NCBI RefSeq assembly: GCF_001194135.2 | Contig: NC_068987.1 | Span: 69,165,081-69,201,424, forward strand | Source of the DNA: Octopus bimaculoides | Taxonomy: Eukaryota | Reading direction: 5' to 3' | DNA length: 36,344 nucleotides | Shown here: positions 1-12,831 of the stretch, piece after piece | Position numbering within the stretch: position 1 is the stretch's first letter | Layout: every line of letters starts with the position of its first letter | Made by a program: the position numbers and the translations under genes | The notes under the pieces: model-generated | Seen by the model: only the letters and a program-made list of their open reading frames with translations | Told to the model about the DNA's origin: nothing | Database searches by the model: none

Positions 1-939
1 ATTATTGGAGTAATTGCAAAAATTTGCTGGGGCCTGCTGTCAGTATATAAATTCTATAGAGCTCAGTGCGCTGATTTGTTCAGAGCCCTATAATGCATCT
101 AAGTCGGCACTGGTTATGATCCCACTTAATTTGTCGGCTTCCGAATGACGACAGGTAATTCTGGGCGTGTTAGTGTTATTTAATCTTGCCGTTGTTGCCC
201 TCAATCGTAGAAATTTTATGGAAAATAATGGTTTAAATTATTTCAGGTTTTGTCACAAGAGCAAAAAACAAAGCCCTAAAGTTTTTTGAAGCATCCCAAA
301 ATAGTAGGAGAATATGACCCTCAGATCCGTGGCCTAACCCGAAAACATTATAAGCAAGTAGTACCGTGAAAACCATTCGAGTGTCAAATATTGGTGTTAA
401 GCTGGACGGACAATTATGTACAACGCACACAATTTTTAGGTTTGTGCCCAAGCAAGATAGTTACCAGGAGTAATCATCAAATTTTACTTGAAGAAGATTT
501 AAGAATAAACAACACAATCATTTCAATAAGCAGCGGTTGTTTCAATCTGTTGAACCGGCCTAAAAGCCATGACAAGTGATGGCCACATTGGAAGCGAAAG
601 AGAAAGAATAAGAGAGAGGGGGGAAGGGAGAAAACGACAGATAATGTTAGCGGGACAAGAAAAGGATAGGCAAACGGGTCAATTCGTGAATGGTGAATTC
701 ATTTCGTCTGAAACTTTTTGGGCCGCCCCCTTCCCCTCATGGTCACATAATACCTCAAGCGCCCCCACCACTATTTCTATGTATAGATAAATATCTTATG
801 TTACTAATTTATATATACTATGAATCATTTGATATTTAATATAATATTGTTATTTGTATGCAATACTATAATAATATTATATCATTTGTATACAATACTA
901 TAATAATATAATAAATGCATAGCTTCCCTCAATCCACTG

Positions 940-1049
940 CCTTCTTCCCAACACCTCCTTTCTTTCTACAGCCCCCTGAGGCACCAGTGCCCACCTGCAC
1001 CGTCTCACCACCCACCTAGGGACGGTAGGGCCCACTTTGAGAAACTATG
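940..1049 (-). mobile_element. Possible hAT (Charlie-like) non-autonomous transposon terminus
   Basis: The reverse complement of 1031-1049 reads CATAGTTTCTCAAAGTGGG, resembling the CAGTG(G/T)TTCTCAAAGTG termini of Charlie-type hATs. It has a GC-rich subterminal region and is followed by TTCTAATG, partly matching the nTCTAGAn target preference. The other end was not identified. Confidence 0.35.
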
Positions 1050-1643
1050 TTCTAATGCTTCCAGGTAGAAAATTTAAAAGATATCTATATTTTGAATTTT
1101 ATTCCTGCTCCAGAACATATATTTAGTGATTCACTGAGTCTTACTTTGGCAAGAACGCTGAAGTTGAATCCGCAGTCTAATACTTCAGTCGTTGTCTCTA
1201 ATACTTCAGTCGTTGTACCTGTTGACATGATTTGAATAATATTAAGAATAGAGATAAAGTTATCTTTTTCCTAACCGCAGAATTATTTTGAAAACATTCT
1301 TTTTTTTATGTTCGTTGTATTAACTATATTCGCAGTTATTCAACTAAATATAGCATGACATTTTAACTTGCATTCTAATGTCTGACACAAGCAGTACTGG
1401 TGACTTTTTAAAATAATTTATACTGGTACACTGTCTGTATACTGGTATGCAGATTAAAACTATGTTGAAAACAATCTTAGATAGCCACTCCCTTTCCAGC
1501 TTTCTTCCTTCCTTTCTCGCTTTCGATCCTCACCCCACCCCACCCAACTCTCCGTCTGCCTGCTTGTTTACTAACTTACAAATCAATTTATCTGTATATT
1601 TTCGCCAGTCTATATAGCTACACTCCCACACTCGTCCATATAC

Positions 1644-1680
<37 letters not shown>

Positions 1681-2903
1681 NNNNNNNNNNNNNNNNNNNN
1701 NNNNNNNNNNNNNNNNNNNNNNNNNNNNNNNNNNNNNNNNNNNNNNNNNNNNNNNNNNNNNNNNNNNNNNNNNNNNNNNNNNNNNNNNNNNNNNNNNNNN
1801 NNNNNNNNNNNNNNNNNNNNNNNNNNNNNNNNNNNNNNNNNNNNNNNNNNNNNNNNNNNNNNNNNNNNNNNNNNNNNNNNNNNNNNNNNNNNNNNNNNNN
1901 NNNNNNNNNNNNNNNNNNNNNNNNNNNNNNNNNNNNNNNNNNNNNNNNNNNNNNNNNNNNNNNNNNNNNNNNNNNNNNNNNNNNNNNNNNNNNNNNNNNN
2001 NNNNNNNNNNNNNNNNNNNNNNNNNNNNNNNNNNNNNNNNNNNNNNNNNNNNNNNNNNNNNNNNNNNNNNNNNNNNNNNNNNNNNNNNNNNNNNNNNNNN
2101 NNNNNNNNNNNNNNNNNNNNNNNNNNNNNNNNNNNNNNNNNNNNNNNNNNNNNNNNNNNNNNNNNNNNNNNNNNNNNNNNNNNNNNNNNNNNNNNNNNNN
2201 NNNNNNNNNNNNNNNNNNNNNNNNNNNNNNNNNNNNNNNNNNNNNNNNNNNNNNNNNNNNNNNNNNNNNNNNNNNNNNNNNNNNNNNNNNNNNNNNNNNN
2301 NNNNNNNNNNNNNNNNNNNNNNNNNNNNNNNNNNNNNNNNNNNNNNNNNNNNNNNNNNNNNNNNNNNNNNNNNNNNNNNNNNNNNNNNNNNNNNNNNNNN
2401 NNNNNNNNNNNNNNNNNNNNNNNNNNNNNNNNNNNNNTTTCTTCGATGTTTCTGTAGAATTGAATCGTGGAATCACTGGCGGCAAGAACAATTTCCATGT
2501 ACATTGTTAAAGATGTCTTACTTTTTCTCTTTTTTTCCTTCCTTCTTTCTTTTTTTCTGCTTTTGTTTATTCATTTTCCTTTTTATTAATATCTACTGCA
2601 AGAACTTTTATTTTTCTATTTTTCTGATAGCATTTTATTTGTTGTCATTTTTTTATTATTTGTTTGTTTGTTTGTTTGTTTGTTTGCTTGTTTGGCTTGG
2701 TTTGTTGGTTGGTTCGTTCATCACTTCCTATTTTTCATCTTTGTTTTGTCGTCCCGTTCTGTTACTACTTTCGCCGATATATATTTTTAAGTGACGACGA
2801 CGACGACGACGACGAATATGCGCNNNNNNNNNNATATATATATATATATATATATATACGCACACAAACATATGTATATACATATATATGTATATATCTA
2901 TCT

Positions 2904-3105
2904 ACCACTCGCCATGATTGACATGATAGATCGCTAGCCACTAAACCTTTTCTATTTTCTCTCCCTGTTTATTTGTGTGTTCCTTTCTGTCGAAGAGCGA
3001 AGGCTCGAAACGTAAAAGACTTTCTCAGTTCCCGAGCGTTAAACTAATACATCTGCTTGTTGTAACACACCCTTCTTCGTCTTTTGTTTATTTGTAAATT
3101 CTCAC
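2904..3105 (+). mobile_element. Penelope-like element terminal-repeat (pLTR) remnant carrying a hammerhead-like motif
   Basis: Contains TCCTTT-CTGTCGA-A-GAGC-GAAG-GCTC-GAAA-CGTA-AAAG, the geometry of the minimal hammerheads known from Penelope-like terminal repeats. Family assignment is from motif recognition only. Confidence 0.45.
2983..3018 (+). ncRNA. Minimal type-I hammerhead-ribozyme-like motif with a variant core (CUGUCGA)
   Basis: Stem II is GAGC/GCTC with a 4-nt loop, followed by GAAA, a palindromic ACGT stem III with a GUA triplet, and a 4-bp stem I (CTTT/AAAG). The conserved core A6 is replaced by U. Confidence 0.4.
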
Positions 3106-3164
3106 TATATATATATATATGTATATCTATTTCTTGTTTATGCATTACTTTATACATACATGCT

Positions 3165-3199
3165 CTTTCTCTCCTTCTCTCTTTCTCTCTCTCTGTCTC

Positions 3200-3248
<49 letters not shown>
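3165..3248. repeat. (TC)n + (TCTA)n compound microsatellite
   Basis: Directly visible tandem repeats. Confidence 0.95.
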
Positions 3249-4298
3249 CCACTCTCCTATCAGTGCCAATTGCCCAAATCACCATCTAAATTTGCATTGT
3301 TTCGATTATTTTAGAGACAATTGTAAATTACAGGCGATATTTCTTCGATGTTTCTGTAGAATTGAATCGTGGAATCACTGGCGGCAAGAACAATTTCCAT
3401 GTACATTGTTAAAGATGTCTTACTTTTTCTCTTTTTTTCCTTCCTTCTTTCTTTTTTTCTGCTTTTGTTTATTCATTTTCCTTTTTATTAATATCTACTG
3501 CAAGAACTTTTATTTTTCTATTTTTCTGATAGCATTTTATTTGTTGNNNNNNNNNNNNNNNNNNNNNNNNNNNNNNNNNNNNNNNNNNNNNNNNNNNNNN
3601 NNNNNNNNNNNNNNNNNNNNNNNNNNNNNNNNNNNNNNNNNNNNNNNNNNNNNNNNNNNNNNNNNNNNNNNNNNNNNNNNNNNNNNNNNNNNNNNNNNNN
3701 NNNNNNNNNNNNNNNNNNNNNNNNNNNNNNNNNNNNNNNNNNNNNNNNNNNNNNNNNNNNNNNNNNNNNNNNNNNNNNNNNNNNNNNNNNNNNNNNNNNN
3801 NNNNNNNNNNNNNNNNNNNNNNNNNNNNNNNNNNNNNNNNNNNNNNNNNNNNNNNNNNNNNNNNNNNNNNNNNNNNNNNNNNNNNNNNNNNNNNNNNNNN
3901 NNNNNNNNNNNNNNNNNNNNNNNNNNNNNNNNNNNNNNNNNNNNNNNNNNNNNNNNNNNNNNNNNNNNNNNNNNNNNNNNNNNNNNNNNNNNNNNNNNNN
4001 NNNNNNNNNNNNNNNNNNNNNNNNNNNNNNNNNNNNNNNNNNNNNNNNNNNNNNNNNNNNNNNNNNNNNNNNNNNNNNNNNNNNNNNNNNNNNNNNNNNN
4101 NNNNNNNNNNNNNNNNNNNNNNNNNNNNNNNNNNNNNNNNNNNNNNNNNNNNNNNNNNNNNNNNNNNNNNNNNNNNNNNNNNNNNNNNNNNNNNNNNNNN
4201 NNNNNNNNNNNNNNNNNNNNNNNNNNNNNNNNNNNNNNNNNNNNNNNNNNNNNNNNNNNNNNNNNNNNNNNNNNNNNNNNNNNNNNNNNNNNNNNNNN

Positions 4299-4320
4299 AA
4301 AAATAAATAAATAAATAGTA

Positions 4321-4372
<52 letters not shown>

Positions 4373-4422
4373 GAAGAAGAAGAAGAAGAAGAAGAAGAAG
4401 AAGAAGAAGAAGAAGAAGAAGA
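4299..4422. repeat. (AAT)n + (AAG)n compound microsatellite
   Basis: Directly visible; abuts the 3547-4298 gap. Confidence 0.95.
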
Positions 4423-6669
4423 CGAATAGGGGTATAGAGTGTAAAATTAGACGGGTACAGAGAGAAGTTGATAAGTAAGGGGAATGTGAAAATAAATTTA
4501 GGGAAATGTGTATTATAGAGAGACAGGTAGAAGTAGATTGGCAAGAAATAACTATTCAAGATATCGGGATAGACTAAATAATGAAGAGGGATATAGATTA
4601 GAAATGATTGGTGGATGTTACTCAGACTGGTATTCTGCATGAGAAATGATACCGTGGGGCATCCTGAAGATCTGACCTATCTTAAGTCATTACGTCGATC
4701 AGGATTTATTTACTTAATCTTTATATATCACTTAGTCGTTTGGGTCTTACAAATCGTGGTTAGATATTGCTTCGTTGAGCGGCCCATGTAAACGAAAATT
4801 GTATGGGGTTGTCAACCGTACTAGTCACAAACTCACTGTGTGCCCTCCATTTAAATTTTTAATTAATTTTAATTAAGTTAATTTCAAAGTTGTCTCCCAT
4901 GCGTTTTATGGCTAGAATTAATCATTAAATTAATAAATTTTTTTTTTCTACTCACAGTAGGTGTAATTTTCATTAATTAAAATGTTCTTGGCTGATCACT
5001 TTATGTTTGTTATCAGCCACTAAACTATTTGATCAGACTAACAGAATCTGGATATTAAATTTAATGGGAGTGTTTCTTTGGAAAAGAGATGAAGAGTGAG
5101 ACAAATGTAGATATAAAGAAACAAGGAGGTTGTGTGACACATGATGAAAAACAAATAGCAAGGAGAAATGCCGAAGGAATGTGAGTGAGAAATACAGGTA
5201 AAAGCAGATATCGTAAGAGAAACAACAGATATAAGTAAAACCAAAAATGCTCATAAAGCGATCTCAGCATGTTTACTTAAGTATCTCTTATTTCAATTAA
5301 CATTAAAACATTTTAATTCGAGTGTTCTTGATTTAATTTTACAATATTTATTGTAAGTATATAAGAAAAACTTAAACGTACTATTTTTTTCTATTCAGAA
5401 ACACTCCCGAGTTATGTATCCATTCTACCATTAATTAATTAATATTTTTTTCCGAAAGCTATCCGAGTACCATTATTGCTAACTCATTTACTAATGATAT
5501 CGCCTTCTTAGTTATTCATATAGCGACGTCCTTTTTTGGCGTGTTTGCAACAACTTTAAATAAAATAGTTTTGTAACATAGCACTTCTAAACATCTGCCG
5601 CAAGGAAATATACAAAAATCTGCCACTGTCAACCAACCAGTCAATCAGTCAATTTACACACACACACACACGCACCCCCCCCCCCACACACACACATACA
5701 CACACACACACGTGTATGTTTGTGTGTGTATGTGCATGTCTGTGCTTTAGCGCGCGTGTGTGTTATATTATATTATTACAAATTTTGGCTTCGATTACTA
5801 ATTCAAAGGTTTCATGGCATGATTGAAATAATCCTTTCTGCTATGGGCACAAGTTTTAAGCAGAAAGTTATGATTAAGAAACATATATATATCTAAAAGA
5901 TATCATATATCAACTATGTAAAAATATAGATGCTGAAATGAACTATAAGGTTAATGAAAGTGATAAAATCATCATTATATTGGAGAACTATGAGGTTATT
6001 GAAAGTTTTAACTTAGTTGTGAACGCCTCGAATCTGCGATCTCTTTCATTCTCAGTTACTTGGAAAGAACTGGCGTCTCCAAGTAAATTTATTCTTAAAT
6101 CAAAGCATATAAAAACTATCTCCATTGCTACCCTCATATTCTTTGGATCATGAGACATTTTTTAAATATATTTTCTATGTACAAATATCATCTGTTTTCT
6201 TTGATTCTGACGGGCATCTACAGATATTTTATAAACTGGATGCTTTTTTTCTGTAAACTAAAGTTTTGGATGATCGGCAGAAAGGTCAACAAAAACTGTT
6301 TTCATTGTAACAAGAAATGTACTTTTCACGGTCCGGTACCTAACTGTAAATACAAGAAATTTTGATACTAGACTGAATCGATCACCTTGTTTTATTCCAC
6401 TGCATGATCCGTGCTTATGATCAACCGAAATGTCAACACAGCTATGCTCATTATGTGCCTGTAGCAGTTCCGCTGTATTTGAAACGTTCGAGTCATTCCT
6501 TCAGCCTAATGCCTTGGTCATGCATTTCTTTTTCGTATTAAGACCAATTGGGAATGCCGTATGATTAACAAGTATTTTGTTACGTTAGCTAGTGGAAATC
6601 AAATTATTCCATACGTATAGTTATTGGGTCAACAGTATAACAACATGTAAGAAAAAATACTGATTACAG

Positions 6670-7195
6670 AGCATCGCAGGTCGCAGTCCGTAGGAACGCG
6701 AATGATTTGACTCGTCATCAGTACCAGGCGTGAAAGACCAGGAAATCAATCTCACTCTGTACTACACCATCGTTATAAGGCGATAGCAAGGTGATGGAGA
6801 CTGAAACAAAGTGATATGCTGTTGCGCAAAGAAAAGAGATTGCTCAAACCGGCACTTGAGGAGTAATTCTTTTCTACGGATGGCATGACATTTATGGTTG
6901 TTCGAAACACCAACTAGCCCTTGATATAAAAGAATAAATAAATAAATAACAACCTGAAGGGAGGACGGAGAGGTAGCGGAGGAAACAGAACCAGAACATG
7001 AAAGTGACTCGCATGATAGATGATTGGGTAAAAAAAAAAAACGCCACGGATGGTCTATCATAGCTCGAAATTAACAGTTTTGCATGGACTTTGTTTCAGT
7101 ACCAGGAGTTGGGTGTAGTAGATATCATGAAAGGTCTGATCCAGCCTAGGTGACATTTTCTCCAAAAAGTGTGGGAGGGTTGCACTTATTAGTGT
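6670..7195 (+). mobile_element. Decayed DNA-transposon 3' remnant with a Cys-rich C-terminus and acidic tail, possibly Academ-type
   Basis: Across frameshifts the + strand reads ASQVAVRRNA...PG(V)KDQEINL...KVME...ICCCAKKRDCSNRH.RSNSF.STDG...EDGEVAEETEPEHESDS. This resembles the YQxAIWxxA / GW / CxCKKxC..CxCxxN.LxCTD / acidic C-terminus of XPG plus Cys8-finger (Academ-like) transposases. The alignment was done by eye and the sequence is heavily degraded. Confidence 0.35.
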
Positions 7196-7425
7196 ATATT
7201 TTTGTTTAGTTTATGATTATTTCATATATAAATTTATTTATTTTTTTTGTTTAGTTTATCTATTTGTCCCTTAGACGAACTTCAATTTACGGTGCAATAT
7301 TTTTGCATCAAATCTTTTTCTTTTATTTAACTATGTTGTTTACAGTTTCCTCATACATTCTGTGAGCTCTTCTGTTACACGTTTTGCATGAATAAATGCG
7401 TCCTCCTTGCAAATAGAATGAAAAG

Positions 7426-8330
<905 letters not shown>

Positions 8331-8536
8331 GAGAGGAGGATAGGAAATGGACACTTGCCCGAGTGGAGAGAAGGATCGTAATTTTGTGGGGTCTCTACGA
8401 ACAGCACTAGGAAGTCACGCCGTTTTCAAACTTTGTTTCTTTGCTTCTACACTTCAAGTGTTTCAATGCTTACATGTAGCCCTCACATTGTATTGCATTG
8501 TATTATATTGTAGTCATACAGTACCGTCATCAGTTT

Positions 8537-8574
8537 TTATTATTATTATTATTATTATCATTATTATTATTATT

Positions 8575-8610
<36 letters not shown>
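8537..8610. repeat. (ATT)n(GTT)n microsatellite
   Basis: Directly visible; lies on the 5' side of the R4/Dong-like remnant. Confidence 0.95.
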
Positions 8611-8614
<4 letters not shown>

Positions 8615-8774
8615 TAGTTTTCTTTCTCACTGACCTCCCTTTATCATTTGTTTGCCAATAAAGAACACACTATTAACTCAAACACGAACCTATAGATTCA
8701 ATACCGACATACATATCCACTCATATATGTATGCATGTATGTATCTGTATGTACGTACGTATATTTGTATATAC

Positions 8775-8820
<46 letters not shown>

Positions 8821-10059
8821 NNNNNNNNNNNNNNNNNNNNNNNNNNNNNNNNNNNNNNNNNNNNNNNNNNNNNNNNNNNNNNNNNNNNNNNNNNNNNNNN
8901 NNNNNNNNNNNNNNNNNNNNNNNNNNNNNNNNNNNNNNNNNNNNNNNNNNNNNNNNNNNNNNNNNNNNNNNNNNNNNNNNNNNNNNNNNNNNNNNNNNNN
9001 NNNNNNNNNNNNNNNNNNNNNNNNNNNNNNNNNNNNNNNNNNNNNNNNNNNNNNNNNNNNNNNNNNNNNNNNNNNNNNNNNNNNNNNNNNNNNNNNNNNN
9101 NNNNNNNNNNNNNNNNNNNNNNNNNNNNNNNNNNNNNNNNNNNNNNNNNNNNNNNNNNNNNNNNNNNNNNNNNNNNNNNNNNNNNNNNNNNNNNNNNNNN
9201 NNNNNNNNNNNNNNNNNNNNNNNNNNNNNNNNNNNNNNNNNNNNNNNNNNNNNNNNNNNNNNNNNNNNNNNNNNNNNNNNNNNNNNNNNNNNNTATATAT
9301 GCTTATATAAACACACATAAACACGCAACCATTTTCGTGTAGTCAGGTAAAAAGACTCAAGTAATCAACGAAGCTAATATACGCCACTGCATTCTTTCAT
9401 ATTTACGCTCGGCTATTTTTCATTGGCACACACGTTCACATCAAAAGCTTTAGAGACACTTACGTGCGCATACACAGCAAGTTTAATAATACAAGAAGCT
9501 CCCCTCGAGATGTTCACACAATCTCCCACATAGATACGCGCGCGCACACACACACACACACACGCATTAACATAAAGAGATGTACGCACACGCACGTGTA
9601 CACAAGCTCACACGTACATGTATACACGCACGCTCCCTTAATAACTACGTCCACAGGATCTCAACACACTTTCCAATTAAGTCCCACACCAGCTAAGCGC
9701 TTCGGTTTTATTGGTGTTACTCCGCGAGAGAATGCAATCGAATCTCTGCGTACGCGCTTGTGTCAGCATGTATGTGTGTGCCTGTGTGCGTCTGTATATA
9801 TATATATACGCGTGCATATATATGTGTGTGTATATATATATATATATATGTAAGTATGTTACACACACATGAGTAGGGGAATAGGAGGAAGAAAGAGGTG
9901 GTGAATGAAAGAATGAAAGGGAGGGAGATAAAGAAACAAGGAGACAGATTCGTGTGTGTAAAGTAGGATGAAAGAAAACTATCCCAGTATGTATGTAAAG
10001 AAGGAGTTGAGCGGGATGGAGAAAAAGTGAGAGGGAGACGTTCATAGATGAAGCGAGAG

Positions 10060-10073
10060 GGAGAAATAGATAG

Positions 10074-10112
<39 letters not shown>

Positions 10113-10254
10113 CAGAGAGAACAAGAAAGAGACGGAGAAAACAAGAAAGAGAATGAATGACAAAGTTTCTCGTGTGTAGTCATTATAAAGTTATAGGGGA
10201 AGTGAGTATGACCGAAAAAGGGCTGTATATATGGCTGTATCTGTATGTATGCCT

Positions 10255-10307
<53 letters not shown>

Positions 10308-10339
10308 NNNNNNNNNNNNNNNNNNNNNNNNNNNNNNNN

Positions 10340-10396
<57 letters not shown>

Positions 10397-10400
10397 GAGA
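10060..10400. repeat. (GA)n and (GT)n microsatellite cluster around the 10308-10339 gap
   Basis: Directly visible. Confidence 0.95.
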
Positions 10401-11499
10401 GAGCGAGAAGCAAACATAGTGAAAGGGGGAGATAAATAGAATGAGCAAAGGAGAAAGAGATTTCTATATTTTTGAGACGGAAAGGGTGACAAACGAAGTG
10501 TGACTCGCACTTGTGCGCGTAAGCCTGTGAATATATGCAAACGTGAGTATGCAAGTGAGTGTGCATACATGTATGCTTTCTGTTGTACTTGTGTACATAT
10601 TAGTCTGTATCTGCGTGTGCGATCATGATTGGAACGGTGGGAGAAGTATGAAAAAAAAAAAGTAAAATCCTTGATTATGAGACAGTGAAACGGTGTGAAA
10701 AAAAAAAAAACAATAACAAGAACAATAAACTTATGTAAGGAATGGAAAATGGTAGGGTGGATTATAGAGGACGCGTGTGAAGACGTGAATGCGTGTCTGC
10801 ACGTGTATTTCCTCGTGTGCAAGTATACATAAACGTGTATAGCTGTGAAAGAGAAAAGGGAGGAGAGAATGGAATAGAAAGTCTCTTGTGTATGCTAGTG
10901 AATTAGCGTGTGCCAATGTGTTTATGTACGTGCGTATGTGTGTGTGAGTGTGTGAATGCGCGCACGCATTTGTGTGTGTATTTCTGAACTTGTGTGTATA
11001 TGTGTATATTTCTGCTTGCATGTGAGTGAGGACGTATAATGGCGGCCACGTTGGAGGTGTGTTACTCGCCATTATTGGTAAACTGGTTAGCGAAAGATTT
11101 GGCCACATGTGAGTTCTTTTGATGATGGTAATAGACCGTTGACTCACATTAGTTCTATGTGCTTGCCTACAGGAGGCGCCACGAAATGCGAACATACACA
11201 CAAGAGAGATACATTTATGAGGAAGTGGAATTTAGAAATTCAAGACAGAATTTTTCTATAGCCTTGCCGAAGCTTTGACAAAAATCTAATTGCAACGGGT
11301 TCGATTGTATTTAGAAACAATCTTTGTTTGCAAGCAGCTAGCATTGCAGGAACCGACCATTTCAAGTGTGGAACACTCAGATAGATCACGCCACTATAAA
11401 GACAGTTGAGGATACTGTAAATTGCTGGTCACTAGCATCAGAGAAGCCATTGGCAATCGTTCGCTTGCATTTTATTTAATTTTCGGCATTGCATACATA

Positions 11500-11561
11500 C
11501 ATGTATATGTACATATACATGTATGTATGTATGTATGTATGTATGTATGTATGTATGTATG

Positions 11562-11635
<74 letters not shown>
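11500..11635. repeat. (TATG)n(TA)n(TG)n compound microsatellite
   Basis: Directly visible. Confidence 0.95.
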
Positions 11636-12673
11636 CGTGTGAATTGTGTAGTTTCTTGTGTATGTACTCAGCCTATCGAGTTCACATAGATGTATATTGC
11701 GCTATATTGATATACATATATACAGAACGTACGTATATATGTGTAAATGCTGGTAGATTAGTATCTCGGCAACTAGCTAGGTACGTAATGAGTCAGTATG
11801 TAAATTGATTGATTAATCTATCTAATGCCATATTAGAAAATCTCACGCTGTCTGTACGACTGGCTGGATAGCTGGATATCTATTCATCTAGATACTTTCT
11901 CTTCTGTTTTTATATATTCCGACTTCACCATCTAATTCCTACACAGGTTTGCATAATACATGTATATAAAATAATTTAGAAGAACATTTCTGTTGATAAT
12001 CCCGACGAACAATCTAAAGATGCGAAGAGGAAATGATGCACTTGAATTTATCGTAAAAAATATTGTTCACATCGTTCTACTATTCCTGAGAGCTAGGTGA
12101 AATGAGGTGTTAGAAACCTTACAGTAAATTTGATCTCAGAACAAATAGGTTGGCAATTTTATACCTTCTGTAGCTTTATATCAGTCTCTTTCCTTCTTAC
12201 ACTACGCTCATTTACTAACATCGACAGAGTTCCATATATATATATGATTTTACATGAGCGTACAAACACCGAATGACATGCACACTTACAAATGAACATA
12301 TATGCATGTATAAGTTTGTGTATATACACATATTCTTAAGCAATGCATATATACGCAGACATATATCTACAACTTTTAATATCGTTACAGCAATTCACAC
12401 GTATGCATTCATTTGGGTTTCTACACGTTTATGCAATGATCGAGTTATCATATCATCCATACATGATACTTATAGATATTTTCAACTTTATGCCATTCAT
12501 TCATCCCACCATACGCCCGTCCGCATTTCCACTCACCTGAATATGTATATATCTGCATATCTGTTCTACACCTGTTTATCAAATAATTTTACATCTCGAA
12601 GGTCACTCCATCTTTATGATCTTTTTGACACACACATATTCACAAAAATATACATGTACAGAGATACATCATA

Positions 12674-12675
<2 letters not shown>

Positions 12676-12730
<55 letters not shown>
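12676..12730. repeat. (TG)n microsatellite
   Basis: Directly visible. Confidence 0.95.
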
Positions 12731-12740
<10 letters not shown>

Positions 12741-12831
12741 ATTATATACCTAGACACATGTTTACATACATTTATGTATATATATATATACACACACATA
12801 CACATATAATATATATATGTATATTTATATA

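Noticed and set aside
233-580. Possible hAT transposase C-terminus (LEEDLRI..., KNKQ...RLFQSVEP)
   Set aside because: The resemblance is split across frames and too weak to call by eye.
1176-1216. 21-bp tandem duplication TCTAATACTTCAGTCGTTGTC (similar small duplications at about 14627-14652 and 31599-31662)
   Set aside because: Two-copy local slippage duplications with no spacer structure; not CRISPR-like or otherwise informative.
5090-5280. Basic, partly Cys-containing stretch reminiscent of a piggyBac C-terminal domain
   Set aside because: Needs several frameshifts, lacks most of the cysteines, and no TIR was found.
5938-6365. Two adjacent 71-aa ORFs, and a minus-strand VFVDLSA motif resembling LINE RT
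   Set aside because: No downstream RT motifs (PQG, YADD) could be traced, and the ORFs look compositionally random.
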